A stretch of DNA of 64,000 nucleotides from NCBI GenBank assembly GCA_963663225.1, contig OY760142.1, positions 2,464,001 through 2,528,000 on the forward strand, given 5' to 3'. Numbering within the stretch: position 1 is the stretch's first letter; the number at the start of each line of letters is the position of its first letter. The position numbers and the translations under genes are program-made. Positions 1 to 10,713 of the stretch are shown here, piece after piece. The notes beneath the pieces were generated by a model. It saw only the letters and a program-made list of their open reading frames with translations, was not told the origin of the DNA and made no database searches. This DNA is from Nitrospirota bacterium. GTDB taxonomy: Bacteria > Nitrospirota > UBA9217.

Positions 1-602
1 GAAAAAAATTCGGACGGCAGCTGGCTCGTGAAACCTCAGTTCCCGCGGATGTTGTGATTCCCGTGCCGGATTCGGGCGTACCGGCCGCTCTCGGCTATGC
101 CGAAGAGGCGGGGATACCCTTCGATACAGGGCTTATCAGAAATCATTACGTAGGGAGAACATTTATCGAGCCGCGCCAGAGCATCAGACATTTTGGCGTG
201 AAAATCAAATTGAATCCCGTCAAGGACGCCCTGAAAGGAAAACGCGTGATCGTGGTGGATGACTCCATTGTGCGCGGCACCACAAGCAAAAAAATCATTA
301 AAATGATCAGGAGCGCAGGTGCTACTGAAGTCCATATGCGCATCAGTTCACCGCCTGTGGGCTATCCGTGTTTTTATGGAATTGATATTCCTACGCGCCA
401 GGAACTTATCGCCTCCTCGCACAGCATCGAGGAAATCAGAAAATATATCACCGCTGATTCTCTTGGCTATATCAGTCTTGATGGTCTCCAAAAAATTGTT
501 CCGGAACGAGTAAACTTCTGTGCTGCATGCTTTGATGGAGAATATCCTGTCCCGTTTCCTGGTGAAAAAATTGCCCAAATGGGGTTGTTTGAGAAGGAAT
601 AA
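1..602 (+). CDS. purF: amidophosphoribosyltransferase, 5'-truncated by window edge
   Basis: Frame is open from position 3. Motifs [19 protein letters not shown] loop [18 protein letters not shown] and CxxCF. Confidence 0.97.
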   Translation, partial: KKFGRQLARETSVPADVVIPVPDSGVPAALGYAEEAGIPFDTGLIRNHYVGRTFIEPRQSIRHFGVKIKLNPVKDALKGKRVIVVDDSIVRGTTSKKIIKMIRSAGATEVHMRISSPPVGYPCFYGIDIPTRQELIASSHSIEEIRKYITADSLGYISLDGLQKIVPERVNFCAACFDGEYPVPFPGEKIAQMGLFEKE

Positions 603-674
603 AACGCCTACGAAGGCTGCACGAGATGTGGTTCGATAAAAATGAGCGTGAGCTTGGAGCAGGAATGTTCAAAA

Positions 675-750
675 TGGTGCCGAGGCGCAGAATCGAACTG
701 CGGACACGAGGCTTTTCAGGCCTCTGCTCTACCAACTGAGCTACCTCGGC
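675..750 (-). tRNA. tRNA-Phe(GAA)
   Basis: Reverse complement GCCGAGGTAGCTCAGTTGGTAGAGCAGAGGCCTGAAAAGCCTCGTGTCCGCAGTTCGATTCTGCGCCTCGGCACCA: 76 nt cloverleaf, anticodon arm GAGGC-CTGAAAA-GCCTC, TTCGA T-loop, encoded CCA. Confidence 0.98.
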
Positions 751-985
751 ATGATCTCGATGTGTCGGCAGGTCGTTAAAATAGCAGAGTGGAGGGCTGA
801 TTGTCAAGCTATTTTTCTCCCTGCCGAACCGGATTGCCATATTGGTTTTTTTATTTGCAATATATCCAATGCACATTTTTTTTAGTTCTATTTTTTTTCC
901 CGGTTGTTTTCTCCTTCTTTTCATGAACATCTTGTATTGTAAGTGTTATTTTCTGCAACTCTTTTCGTCCTCAGAAAGTATTGCC

Positions 986-1015
986 TTGACTTTTAACCTG
1001 TAATTTTGGTAAAAT
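986..1015 (+). promoter_or_regulatory. putative sigma70 promoter for TPR-roadblock genes
   Basis: TTGACT-N18-TAAAAT with extended TG, about 30 nt upstream of ATG 1048. Confidence 0.55.
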
Positions 1016-1047
1016 TTTTTGTATCAATTTGATAAGAAAAGAAAAAA

Positions 1048-2640
1048 ATGGCGAAAGAGACTTCCGAAATAGTCAAGCTGACAGAGCGCATCTCGAAGGA
1101 TCCAAAATCAAAGCTTTTTGTACCTCTTGCAGAGGAATATAAAAAAGCAGGCGATCTGGAGATGGCAATTTATGTGCTTACGGAAGGATTGAAAAACAAT
1201 CCCGGCTATATTACGGCACGGTCAATTTTAGGCAGACTTTTGCTTGACCAGGGAGACCTTGCCGGTGCCAAGAAAGAACTGGAAGAAGTCGTCAAGGTAA
1301 TTCCTGACAATCTTCTGGCCCAGCGGAAACTGGGGGACATTTGCGCCCGTCAGAACAATTCAAGCGAAGCACTGAAACATTATAAATCGGTTCTTGCGCT
1401 GAATCCACGCGATACCGAGGTGGCTTCGCTTATTTCAAAACTTGAGGCCGCCTTGAATGCTTCATCTCCGAAACCAGAGCCGGCCACTCCTCCTCCGCAA
1501 GAACGGCAGGAAGTAAAACTGCCGCAAGAAGTTGCATCTGTTTCGATTCCGCTGACGGCGCAAGTACAAACTGAGGCTCCTGTTGAGGCGGCTCCAATAC
1601 CTGTCGCTCCTCCAGCTGCGGCAGCGGAACCGGAACCGACTAATGTGGCCGAGCCGATGCGTCCAGCAGAACCCGTTTCGGAAGAAGTGCTTGCCCCAGT
1701 ATCCGCGGTGGAAAAACAGGAAGAAAAATCTGTGGAAAAAATGCAGGATCTGGAAAAATCCGATCTTGAATTGCTGACCGTAGATTTTGATCTGCCTTCA
1801 GAGCACGTAGAAAATCAGGAACCTTCTTCGGAAAAACTTGCCGAAATTGCCGCAACATCGCACGATCAACCCAACGAAAAAGACGCAACGAATGAACTCT
1901 TTCTTACGGAAGCTGATTTATTTGCTGAATCACTGCAGGAAGATACCTCGTCTTCATCAAAAGAATCAGACAGCTTTGTGTTGGAAGAACCCATTCCGGC
2001 GCAAAACCCACCGGTATCCCAGAAAATTCCAGCGGAGGAATCTTCAGAAAAATCCGATGATTTTACAACTGATACCCTGGCAGAGCTTTATATTGCACAG
2101 GGATTTTATGAAAAGGCAATCGACATCTATGAACGAATGTTGGTGGACAACCCGAACAGCAGCAAACTGAAAGATAAGCTGGATCGGGTAAAGGCCATGG
2201 TCCTCTCTTCTGCCGCTCCTGAACAGGAAGAAACACCAAAAGGCTCGGCGGATATTTTTGCCGAACCACAGGTATACAGTGCGCAGGAAGAACCGCCGAC
2301 CGGTTCTGAGAAAATATCGTTCTCCGCTGAACCATCAGACGAACCACCCGTTTTAGAAACAAAAGATATTCCTTTATCAGGAGAAGCATCGTCTCCAAGT
2401 GCATTTGCTGAACTCCCTGATCAGGAATTCGCCCAGGCGAAACCGGCATACACTGATTTTGAAGCAAGAGAGTACGTGCCGCCTGAACCGCAGCCGGAGT
2501 CACAACCGGAACCGCAGCCGAGTCCGGTAGAAACAAAGTCGGAGTTGGAGCATATTGCGTCCAAGTCGCCGACGACTCTCAGAAATGAAACCATACATCG
2601 TCTCGAAGCTTGGCTTAAGAATATCAAGAAGGAGACATAA
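1048..2640 (+). CDS. tetratricopeptide-repeat protein with long acidic Pro/Glu-rich linkers
   Basis: N-terminal TPRs (DPKSKLFVPLAEEY..., LGRLLLDQGD...), low-complexity E/P/S linker, internal TPR-like motif TLAELYIAQGFYEKAIDIY, C-terminal helix LEAWLKNI. No signal peptide. Confidence 0.8.
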   Translation: MAKETSEIVKLTERISKDPKSKLFVPLAEEYKKAGDLEMAIYVLTEGLKNNPGYITARSILGRLLLDQGDLAGAKKELEEVVKVIPDNLLAQRKLGDICARQNNSSEALKHYKSVLALNPRDTEVASLISKLEAALNASSPKPEPATPPPQERQEVKLPQEVASVSIPLTAQVQTEAPVEAAPIPVAPPAAAAEPEPTNVAEPMRPAEPVSEEVLAPVSAVEKQEEKSVEKMQDLEKSDLELLTVDFDLPSEHVENQEPSSEKLAEIAATSHDQPNEKDATNELFLTEADLFAESLQEDTSSSSKESDSFVLEEPIPAQNPPVSQKIPAEESSEKSDDFTTDTLAELYIAQGFYEKAIDIYERMLVDNPNSSKLKDKLDRVKAMVLSSAAPEQEETPKGSADIFAEPQVYSAQEEPPTGSEKISFSAEPSDEPPVLETKDIPLSGEASSPSAFAELPDQEFAQAKPAYTDFEAREYVPPEPQPESQPEPQPSPVETKSELEHIASKSPTTLRNETIHRLEAWLKNIKKET

Positions 2641-2997
2641 ATGTCCTTTTCCGACATTATCAGGCAGGTAGTTAATGGTACGGAAGGGGCGCTTGGCGCT
2701 CTTGTCGTCGGGCTTGACGGCATCCCGGTTGAAGAATATACCGTAAGCTCCGATATGGATTTACGGTCAATGACTATTGAATATTCTTCGCTTTTGAAAG
2801 AAATTGAGAAAGGATCCCAAATATCAGATATGGGGTCCACGAAGGAAGTAACGGTTATTGCGGACAAAGCAATGATTATGCTCCGCAGGCTCAACAGTGA
2901 ATACTTTTTTGTTCTTATTTTGAAACCCGAGGGGAACTTCGGCAAAGGGCGTTTCCTTCTTCGGATGTCCGTTCCGAAACTGCTCAAAGAGTTTTAA
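2641..2997 (+). CDS. mglC: roadblock/LC7 domain protein, MglC-like
   Basis: 118 aa. [19 protein letters not shown] and [21 protein letters not shown] match the MglC subfamily as I recall it. Near efp/accBC, as in Myxococcus. Confidence 0.75.
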   Translation: MSFSDIIRQVVNGTEGALGALVVGLDGIPVEEYTVSSDMDLRSMTIEYSSLLKEIEKGSQISDMGSTKEVTVIADKAMIMLRRLNSEYFFVLILKPEGNFGKGRFLLRMSVPKLLKEF

Positions 2998-3026
2998 GCA
3001 GGATTTTTTTCATTCATCTGCGTGCC

Positions 3027-3052
3027 AAACTGCCTTGGGCAGTTTTTATTTT
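3027..3052 (+). terminator. intrinsic terminator-like hairpin
   Basis: AAACTGCC-TTG-GGCAGTTT followed by TTATTTT. Confidence 0.6.
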
Positions 3053-3065
3053 CTGTGGGGGTGCC

Positions 3066-3512
3066 ATGAAGATATTAGTGCTTCACGGGCCGAATTTGAA
3101 TCTTCTCGGCAAGCGGGAGCCGGATGTTTACGGCTCTGTAACGCTTGACGATATCAATAAAAGAATTTCTGCACTGGCCGGAGAATTGGGTGTGGACGTG
3201 TCCTTTTTCCAGTCAAACCATGAGGGAGAACTGGTTCAGAAAATCCAGGACGCTATGGGTGTTTTTCAAGCCATCGTAATCAATCCGGCTGCCTATACGC
3301 ATACCAGCGTTGCGATTCGTGATGCCATATCTTCACTGGACATCCCGGTTATCGAGACGCATATTTCCAACATCTATAAGCGTGAAAAATTCCGTCATCA
3401 TTCGTTCATTTCGGGTGTCGCCGTTGGACAGATCGCCGGATTCGGACCGGAGAGCTATCTTCTTGCAGTACGAGCTGCTGCCGGGCTCGCGAAGGACGGC
3501 AGCAAGAAGTGA
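3066..3512 (+). CDS. aroQ: type II 3-dehydroquinate dehydratase
   Basis: [38 protein letters not shown]. Confidence 0.97.
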   Translation: MKILVLHGPNLNLLGKREPDVYGSVTLDDINKRISALAGELGVDVSFFQSNHEGELVQKIQDAMGVFQAIVINPAAYTHTSVAIRDAISSLDIPVIETHISNIYKREKFRHHSFISGVAVGQIAGFGPESYLLAVRAAAGLAKDGSKK

Positions 3513-4594
3513 AACAGAGACCGGAACAAGGCCGGACATCCCGGCTCAAACGCGTGCTGAAAAGTTATGACTTCCACGCTTTTCTCGTGACTCGCCGTGA
3601 AGATGTCCGTTATCTTTCAGGGTTCACCGGTTCAGCGGGCAGCCTTCTGATTTCCGCCGACAGGTCTTTTCTGATCACTGATTTTCGCTATAAACTTCAG
3701 GCCCGCCTTGAGACCAGGGGATTTGCAGTTCATATCCAGAAAACGGATTTTTTTACAGCACTTCGGGACATAGCGGACCACGCAGGCTTGATCAAGATCG
3801 GTTTTGATGAGTCAGCCGTTACGGTGGAACAACTGAAGAAGCTCAAAAAACAAGGAGTCTCTTTAAAAGGCTGCCGGGATATCGTTGGACCGCTCAGGAA
3901 GCAAAAAGACGAGCACGAGCTGGCAAATATACGCCTTGCTGTTAAGCGGGCGGAGCAGTCTTTTCGTGAGCTAAAAAAATATATCAAGCCGGGCATTACC
4001 GAGCGTGAAATTGGCCTGAAACTTGAACACATCATGAGAGAGCATGGATCGAGAAAACCGGCATTCGATACGATTGTGGCATCCGCGCGCAATGGCGCCA
4101 TGCCGCACGCGTCGACTACCAACCGGCGTTTGAAAACTGGCGATCTGGTTACGATTGATTTCGGAGCAGAAGCGAACGGGTATTTCAGCGATATAACAAG
4201 AACGTTCTGTCTGGGAAAACCGTCTGCCAGGCAGCAGGAAATCCATTCCCTGGTTTTACATGCACAGGCATCCGCAATCAAGGCGATCCGTCCCGGCGTC
4301 ACTTGCAAATGTATCGATGACGGAGCGCGGGATATTATCGAAAAAGCAGGTTATGGGAAATATTTTGGCCATGGCACCGGTCACGGCGTAGGTCTTATGG
4401 TTCATGAAGAGCCTACCATTTCATTCCGGTCCCAAGACCGAGTTACTCAAAATATGGTTTTTACTGTCGAGCCAGGTGTATACATTCCCGGATGGGGCGG
4501 CGTAAGAATTGAAGATATGGTTCTAGTGACGGATACGGGCATGAATGTCTTAACCACGTTGCCGAGAGAGCTTGATGGGCTTGCACGGTTATAA
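3509..4594 (+). CDS. Xaa-Pro aminopeptidase/prolidase (M24B)
   Basis: [12 protein letters not shown]...[25 protein letters not shown]. Confidence 0.95.
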   Translation: MKQRPEQGRTSRLKRVLKSYDFHAFLVTRREDVRYLSGFTGSAGSLLISADRSFLITDFRYKLQARLETRGFAVHIQKTDFFTALRDIADHAGLIKIGFDESAVTVEQLKKLKKQGVSLKGCRDIVGPLRKQKDEHELANIRLAVKRAEQSFRELKKYIKPGITEREIGLKLEHIMREHGSRKPAFDTIVASARNGAMPHASTTNRRLKTGDLVTIDFGAEANGYFSDITRTFCLGKPSARQQEIHSLVLHAQASAIKAIRPGVTCKCIDDGARDIIEKAGYGKYFGHGTGHGVGLMVHEEPTISFRSQDRVTQNMVFTVEPGVYIPGWGGVRIEDMVLVTDTGMNVLTTLPRELDGLARL

Positions 4595-4676
4595 TGTTAC
4601 CGGATCAGAATTTGTAAAAAGCTATTTGTGCTAACCCCGCATACGGGGCGGCATTGCCTGCAATGAGGGAAGTATC

Positions 4677-5459
4677 GTGGATTTAGAATCTATTCAAAAA
4701 ATCGTGGATGATTTTTGTCTGCACAGTCCGCTGAACGTAATAGAGGAGCTTGGTTCCCTGAAGATTTTTGAACACCCGCTGGTGTCAGTCGCCTCGGCGG
4801 AAGACGGTCTCTTCGATGAACTGAAAAAAGACGATATTGTAGGACCTCAGCACCTGTCTCCGAAAGAATGGCTGGCAAGCGGCAGGGCAGTGATTGTTTA
4901 TTTTTTGCCTTTTACCGAACGAATTCGCAAAGCAAACCGGGCAGCTAATCTACCGGCCCGTGAATGGCTGTATGGCCGTATTGAAGGCGAGCAATTTAGC
5001 GTCGCATTGCGAAAATATCTTGTTCAATGGTTTTTAGAGCAGAACTATGAAGCCCTGGCACCGACCTTGGACGGACGCTTTACGGTGACGAACCGAAGAA
5101 GCAACTGGTCGGAAAGACATGTTGCGTATGTTGCGGGACTGGGGACACTCAGCCTGAGTTGCTCGCTTATTACCATGCAGGGATCAGCGGGCCGGCTGGG
5201 CAGCATTATTGCCAGCGCCGAGCTTTCTCCGACGAAACGTTTCTACAAGACGAAGGATGAACACTGCACTCAATGCGGCGCGTGCATAGTAAGATGCCCT
5301 CCGCTTGCAATCAATGAACACGGCAAAGACCATGCTGTTTGTTCGGATTACCTTGATCGTGTTCTGGCGCGGTATCGTCCCCGGTACGGCTGCGGAAAAT
5401 GCCAGACCGGGGTGCCTTGTGAGGACCGGATTCCGCTCAGCACAGGGCATCGGCCATGA
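4677..5459 (+). CDS. QueG-like / reductive-dehalogenase-like 2x[4Fe-4S] (cobalamin?) protein
   Basis: WSERHVAYVAGLG, CTQCGACIVRCP, C...CGKCQTGVPC. GTG start with GAGGGA SD. Confidence 0.75.
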   Translation: MDLESIQKIVDDFCLHSPLNVIEELGSLKIFEHPLVSVASAEDGLFDELKKDDIVGPQHLSPKEWLASGRAVIVYFLPFTERIRKANRAANLPAREWLYGRIEGEQFSVALRKYLVQWFLEQNYEALAPTLDGRFTVTNRRSNWSERHVAYVAGLGTLSLSCSLITMQGSAGRLGSIIASAELSPTKRFYKTKDEHCTQCGACIVRCPPLAINEHGKDHAVCSDYLDRVLARYRPRYGCGKCQTGVPCEDRIPLSTGHRP

Positions 5460-5525
5460 GATAAATTAATTCTTATTTACAAGTCAGCATAACTACGGAA
5501 AGAAGGAAAGGAAGGGAACAAGAAC

Positions 5526-6092
5526 GTGCCGGTATCTACTGCAGAATTTAGAAATGGATTAAAAATTGAGATTGACGGGGAACCTTATGTTATTGTGGAG
5601 TTTCAGCATGTGAAACCCGGCAAAGGCGGGGCTTTTGTGAGAACAAAAATAAAAAGCCTCAGAACGGGAAACGTGATCGACCGTACCTATCGTTCGGGTG
5701 AGAAGGTTGATGTCCCCCAGCTGGAAGAAAAAACAATGCAGTATCTTTATGCGGCGGACAAAGACCGCGTCTTCATGGATACAACCTCCTATGAACAGGT
5801 TTCCATGAACGAACAGCAGCTCGGCGACAGCATTAACTACCTTAAAGAAAATATGGAAATTAAAGTTCTGTATTATAAAAATCGCCCTATTAATATTGAT
5901 GTGCCGATGTTTGTGGAACTGGCAATTGCCGAAACAGAACCTGGGGTGCGGGGCGACACGGCATCGGGCGGGTCGAAGCCAGCCACCCTTGAGACAGGTG
6001 CAGTGGTCAAGGTGCCGTTCTATCTGAATGAGGGTGACATCGTAAAAATTGACACCCGCACCGGAACATTTATTGAACGAGTAAAGAAATGA
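5526..6092 (+). CDS. efp: elongation factor P
   Basis: HVKPGKGGAF loop, PGVRGDT, KPATLETG, DTRTG. Confidence 0.98.
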   Translation: MPVSTAEFRNGLKIEIDGEPYVIVEFQHVKPGKGGAFVRTKIKSLRTGNVIDRTYRSGEKVDVPQLEEKTMQYLYAADKDRVFMDTTSYEQVSMNEQQLGDSINYLKENMEIKVLYYKNRPINIDVPMFVELAIAETEPGVRGDTASGGSKPATLETGAVVKVPFYLNEGDIVKIDTRTGTFIERVKK

Positions 6093-6136
6093 GCTCTGCC
6101 CGGCGCCAATCCGACGATGAAAAAAAAGGAGTGGTC

Positions 6137-6607
6137 ATGAACCTGAAAGAAATCAAAGAACTGATAGAAATGCTGAAGGGCACCGACATCTCGGAACTGG
6201 AAGTGGAGCGTTCCGGAGTAAAGGTAAAGCTACGAAAAGGCGGTGAGGTGACATTACATCAACCCGTTCCACGAGCGGAATATCAATATCCCCCGGTTCT
6301 TGTTCCGATGAAACCGGAGACTCCGATGCCGGCGGCAGAAAAACCGGCAGAAACGACCAAAGCAAATCAGACTGTGGTGACAGCGCCCATTGTTGGGACG
6401 TTCTACCGCGCATCAGCACCGGACAAGCCGCCCTACGTGCAAGCCGGCGACATTGTGAAAAAAGGCCAGGTGCTGTGCATCATTGAAGCGATGAAGCTTA
6501 TGAATGAGATCGAATCAGAATCTACCGGAAAGATTGTCCAAATCACCGTAGAAAACGGCCAACCCGTAGAATACGGGCAGACGCTTTTTGTGATTGAACC
6601 GGCGTAA
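6137..6607 (+). CDS. accB: acetyl-CoA carboxylase biotin carboxyl carrier protein
   Basis: EAMKLMNE biotin motif. Start moved to ATG 6137, which follows an AAGGAG SD. Confidence 0.95.
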   Translation: MNLKEIKELIEMLKGTDISELEVERSGVKVKLRKGGEVTLHQPVPRAEYQYPPVLVPMKPETPMPAAEKPAETTKANQTVVTAPIVGTFYRASAPDKPPYVQAGDIVKKGQVLCIIEAMKLMNEIESESTGKIVQITVENGQPVEYGQTLFVIEPA

Positions 6608-6655
6608 AGCAGTACTGTTCTCGAACTGTGAAAATACGATTCAAGGAGTAATTGC

Positions 6656-8002
6656 GTGTTCAAAAAAATTTTAGTCGCCAATCGCGGCGAAATCGCACTC
6701 CGTATTATACGTGCCTGCAAGGATATGGGCATCAGGACGGTTGCAGTGCATTCCACTGCTGATGCAAATTCACTCCATGTTCGGTTTGCCGATGAGAGCG
6801 TGTGCATTGGTCCGCCGAAAAGTGCGGACAGCTACCTTAACGTGCCTGCCATTATTAGTGCGGCCGAAATTACTGACGCAGAAGCAATCCACCCCGGCTA
6901 CGGTTTTCTTGCCGAAAATGCCAGTTTTGCGGAAATCTGCAATTCTACCGGAATTCGGTTTATCGGTCCGAGCCCTGAAAGTATCAAGCTCATGGGGGAC
7001 AAAGCCAAAGCGCGCGAAACGGTAAAAAAGTCGGGAGTCCCCGTGCTTCCGGGCAGCGACGGCATTGTGACGGAGGAAAACAGCGCTGTTGAAATAGCCC
7101 GTGAACTCGGTTTTCCGGTGATCGTCAAGGCAGCGGCAGGCGGAGGCGGCAAAGGGATGCGGGTGGTGATGGAAGAGGCGGAGTTCGGGAATGCCTTTAT
7201 CATGGCCCAGACCGAAGCGCTGGCCGCTTTCAGCAATGCCGATGTGTATATTGAAAAATACATTCTGCAGCCTCGCCATATAGAAATACAGCTGATGGCT
7301 GACGAAAAAGGGAATGCGGTATATCTTGGCGAACGGGAGTGCTCTATTCAGCGCCGGCACCAGAAACTGATAGAAGAAGCGCCATCCGTCATTGTGGATG
7401 AAAACCTGAGAAGAAAGATGGGCGAAATGGCAGTTGCCGTTGCTAAGAGAGTGAAATACCGCAACGCAGGCACCATAGAGTTTCTGATGGATGAGAACAG
7501 AAATTTCTATTTTATGGAAATGAACACGAGGATACAAGTCGAACATCCCGTGACCGAAATGGTGACCGGCATCGACCTCGTCAAGGAGCAGATCCGGGTT
7601 GCCGCCGGCTTGCCTCTTTCTTTCACACAAGATCAAGTCAGCATAAAAGGGCACAGCATCGAGTGCAGAATTAACGCAGAATGTCCGGAAAAGTTTACAC
7701 CGTGCCCGGGAAAAGTGACCGCCTTTAATCCTCCTGGCGGACCGGGTGTGCGGGTCGACACGGCGGCGTACACGCAGTATGTGATTCCGCCGTATTACGA
7801 TTCTCTGATCGCAAAGCTGATTGTGCATGCTGAGACCAGAGAGGATGCTATTGTTAAGATGAACCGGGCACTTGATGAATTCATTGTTGAAGGTGTTAAA
7901 ACAACCATTCCGGTGCACAAGAAGATTCTTGCAGAACAGGATTTTCAACAGGGGAACATTTCCACCAAATTTATGGAGCGGTATAATGTTTCCGCCAAAT
8001 AA
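6656..8002 (+). CDS. accC: biotin carboxylase
   Basis: [47 protein letters not shown]. Confidence 0.98.
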   Translation: MFKKILVANRGEIALRIIRACKDMGIRTVAVHSTADANSLHVRFADESVCIGPPKSADSYLNVPAIISAAEITDAEAIHPGYGFLAENASFAEICNSTGIRFIGPSPESIKLMGDKAKARETVKKSGVPVLPGSDGIVTEENSAVEIARELGFPVIVKAAAGGGGKGMRVVMEEAEFGNAFIMAQTEALAAFSNADVYIEKYILQPRHIEIQLMADEKGNAVYLGERECSIQRRHQKLIEEAPSVIVDENLRRKMGEMAVAVAKRVKYRNAGTIEFLMDENRNFYFMEMNTRIQVEHPVTEMVTGIDLVKEQIRVAAGLPLSFTQDQVSIKGHSIECRINAECPEKFTPCPGKVTAFNPPGGPGVRVDTAAYTQYVIPPYYDSLIAKLIVHAETREDAIVKMNRALDEFIVEGVKTTIPVHKKILAEQDFQQGNISTKFMERYNVSAK

Positions 8003-8648
8003 ATTATCAGGGCTGTGCCTCATCATCGATCAGGACATGCTTCGCACGGAACCTGAGCAGGCCATGCAACAGGCTCTGTCTGCTGGCGTGACTTTTTTCC
8101 AATACCGGAATAAACAAGGAACGCGAAAAGCGATTTATGAAATATCCTTGCAGCTTGCCCGATTGGCCCGCACGGCAGGCGCCCTGTTCGTCGTAAACGA
8201 CCACACGGACATCGCGGCCGCGGTAGATGCGGATGGCGTCCACTTAGGGCAGGATGATCTTCCCCTCGTCTGTGCGCGGAAGCTGTTGGGGAGTAAAAAA
8301 ATCATCGGGATATCGACCCATACTGTTGAACAGGCGCGGGAAGCTGAGGCGGCAGGAGCCGACTATATTGGATTCGGGGCAGTATTCCCAACGCCGACAA
8401 AGGAAGAGGCTGTTGCGCACGGACTTGAACTGCTGTCTGCCGTGAAAAAGGCCGTTTCAATTCCCGTTGTCGCGATTGGCGGCATTAATCAACAGAATAT
8501 TCAAAAAATTGTGGAAGCAGGTGCTGACGGTGCAGCAGTTATTTCGGCAGTACTGTCCGCTCCCAATATAAAACAGGCGGCTGAAGAACTGATTCATGGC
8601 ATGCATGAAACAGGAACCGGAAGCCGGAAGGTCAGAGGCGTTTCATGA
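7986..8648 (+). CDS. thiE: thiamine-phosphate synthase
   Basis: [31 protein letters not shown]. Start moved to ATG 7986, overlapping the accC end. Confidence 0.93.
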   Translation: MFPPNKLSGLCLIIDQDMLRTEPEQAMQQALSAGVTFFQYRNKQGTRKAIYEISLQLARLARTAGALFVVNDHTDIAAAVDADGVHLGQDDLPLVCARKLLGSKKIIGISTHTVEQAREAEAAGADYIGFGAVFPTPTKEEAVAHGLELLSAVKKAVSIPVVAIGGINQQNIQKIVEAGADGAAVISAVLSAPNIKQAAEELIHGMHETGTGSRKVRGVS

Positions 8649-9748
8649 AAAAAATCATCTCTCTTATAGTGCTCATTCTTTTTGGCATGATGGCAGGATG
8701 CTCACGCCAAAACGAAAATATTGTCAAAATCGGCGCAGCAGGACCCATGACGGGAAGTGAAAGCAAAATGGGTTTGGACCTTAAAAACGGGGTTGAACTC
8801 GCCATATCTGAATGGAACGCAAAAGGCGGCGTTCTCGGCAAAAAGATCGAACTGGTGGTGGGAGACGATGCTGCGGACCCTAAACAGGCAGTGTCCATAG
8901 CAAACAAATTCGTAAACCAGAAGGTAGATGCCGTTGTTGGCCACTGGAATTCGAACTGTTCCATCAATGCGTCTCCTTTTTATCATACGGCAAAGATCGT
9001 CATGGTCAGTCCGGCGACGACCAACCCTCGCCTGACGCTGCAAGGGTTTAAAACGGTCTTCCGCGTTTGCGGTACTGATGAACAGCAGGGCAGTGTGGCG
9101 GCCCAATTTGTTCTCGGCAAATTGAAGTTGAAGAAAGTTGCGGTTATCCATGATCAGACAACGTACGGACGCGGTTTGGCTGATATTTTTAAAAAGGCCC
9201 TTGGCGATAAAGTGCAAGTCGTTTATTACGGCGGAGTCGCACCGGGAGACCCCGATTATAAAGCGGTGCTTACTTCGATAAAGGAAAATAAACCGGAGCT
9301 GTATTTTTTCGGCGGAGTTTATCCTGAGGCAGGCAGACTCGTGCGACAGGCGAAAGAGATCGGGATGAACATACCAATGCTGACCGGCGACGGTGTTTAT
9401 GATCCGACGTTCCTGCAAATAGCGGGAAAAGCTGCAGAGGGAACGTATGTGACGTTTGGAAAGGAACCCTTGGGGCTTGCTTCGGCCAGGTCATTTTTGC
9501 AGAATTATAAAACAAAATACGGTGAACCCGGTCCCTATTCGATCTATGCGTATGATGCGGCAAACATTCTTCTGCAATCAATTGCGGCGGCGAATACCAC
9601 CGACGGAACCAAAGTCGCCGAGCATATAGCAAAATCGACGTTTCAGGGGGCGTTCGGAACCATATCATTTGATCAGCATGGGGACGTGGCGACAGCTCCC
9701 TATGTCGTATGGCAGGTAAGAAACGGCCAGTTTAAACAGCTCCAGTAA
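8645..9748 (+). CDS. livK: branched-chain amino acid ABC substrate-binding lipoprotein (LivK/LivJ family)
   Basis: Lipobox MAGC, GPMTG, DDAADPKQA, GHWNS, AYDAA. Confidence 0.88.
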   Translation: MKKIISLIVLILFGMMAGCSRQNENIVKIGAAGPMTGSESKMGLDLKNGVELAISEWNAKGGVLGKKIELVVGDDAADPKQAVSIANKFVNQKVDAVVGHWNSNCSINASPFYHTAKIVMVSPATTNPRLTLQGFKTVFRVCGTDEQQGSVAAQFVLGKLKLKKVAVIHDQTTYGRGLADIFKKALGDKVQVVYYGGVAPGDPDYKAVLTSIKENKPELYFFGGVYPEAGRLVRQAKEIGMNIPMLTGDGVYDPTFLQIAGKAAEGTYVTFGKEPLGLASARSFLQNYKTKYGEPGPYSIYAYDAANILLQSIAAANTTDGTKVAEHIAKSTFQGAFGTISFDQHGDVATAPYVVWQVRNGQFKQLQ

Positions 9749-9767
9749 ACCAAAAGGTATTTGAAGT

Positions 9768-10670
9768 ATGTTTACCCAGCAGCTTATCAACGGGCTCGCT
9801 TTGGGCGCAGTCTATGCTCTCATAGCGCTCGGTTACACCATGGTTTACGGCATTCTCCAGCTCATCAATTTTGCTCATGGTGAAGTATATATGCTCGGTG
9901 CGTACGTGGGCATTATCATGCTGGGTGTGCTGACTGCACTGGGATTGCCCTCCTTTAGTTTGCCGCTTTCGATTGCAATCGCTATCCTTGCCGCCATGTT
10001 TTTTTGCGCTTCCTACGGAGCCGTGATCGAACGGGCTGCATACCGTCCTCTCCGGAATGCAGCCAAACTTGCACCGCTCATCAACGCCGTTGGCGTCTCA
10101 ATAGTTCTTCAGAATGTTGTAATGCTTGCTCAGGGAAAAGAGTATAAAAACCTTCCTCCCATGCTTCCTTCAGAAGGCATGAACATTTTCGGCGCGAACA
10201 TGTCCCCGGTACAAATATTCATTCTGACCGCTTCCGTTCTGATCATGACAGCCCTCCATCTGTTTATTACGAAAACAAGGTTGGGAAAGGCGATGCGGGC
10301 GACATCCCAGGACCGCATTATGGCGGGGCTGGTCGGTATTGATATCAACCGGATCATTTCTGTTACTTTTATGATCGGTTCCGCACTTGCCGCAGTGGGC
10401 GGCGTTATGGTGACGCTGTACTACGGCGTTGTACATTTTTTCATGGGTTATATCGCGGGGGTCAAGGCATTTACTGCCGCCGTGCTGGGGGGGATCGGCA
10501 GCATTCCCGGGGCAATGCTCGGCGGGTTCATGCTGGGACTTATTGAAAATTTTGGCGCAAGTTATTTGTCAAGCGTCTATAAAGACGCTTTTGCATTCAT
10601 TGTTCTTATTATTACCCTGATCATCCGCCCTGCAGGTCTCCTCGGGGAAAAAAATGTTGATAAAGTATGA
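9768..10670 (+). CDS. livH: branched-chain amino acid ABC permease
   Basis: ALGYTMVYGILQLINFAHGE, GKAMRATSQD, KAFTAAVLGGIGS. Confidence 0.95.
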   Translation: MFTQQLINGLALGAVYALIALGYTMVYGILQLINFAHGEVYMLGAYVGIIMLGVLTALGLPSFSLPLSIAIAILAAMFFCASYGAVIERAAYRPLRNAAKLAPLINAVGVSIVLQNVVMLAQGKEYKNLPPMLPSEGMNIFGANMSPVQIFILTASVLIMTALHLFITKTRLGKAMRATSQDRIMAGLVGIDINRIISVTFMIGSALAAVGGVMVTLYYGVVHFFMGYIAGVKAFTAAVLGGIGSIPGAMLGGFMLGLIENFGASYLSSVYKDAFAFIVLIITLIIRPAGLLGEKNVDKV

Positions 10671-10713
10671 TCCCGTGCGCTTGGACAGCATTGAGGCGCT
10701 TAGTTCCCGGTTT

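Noticed and set aside
602-750. tRNA-Phe as an integration site
   Set aside because: Its 3' end faces purF directly. I saw no integrase or duplicated tRNA 3' end in the window.
2482-2523. 12-nt PEPQ-coding tandem repeat
   Set aside because: A short in-frame low-complexity linker, not a CRISPR or mobile repeat.
6770-8026. 418-aa antisense ORF over accC (similarly 8702-9418, 59996-60973, 32985-33584 and others)
   Set aside because: Shadow ORFs opposite well-conserved genes, with no motifs or RBS.
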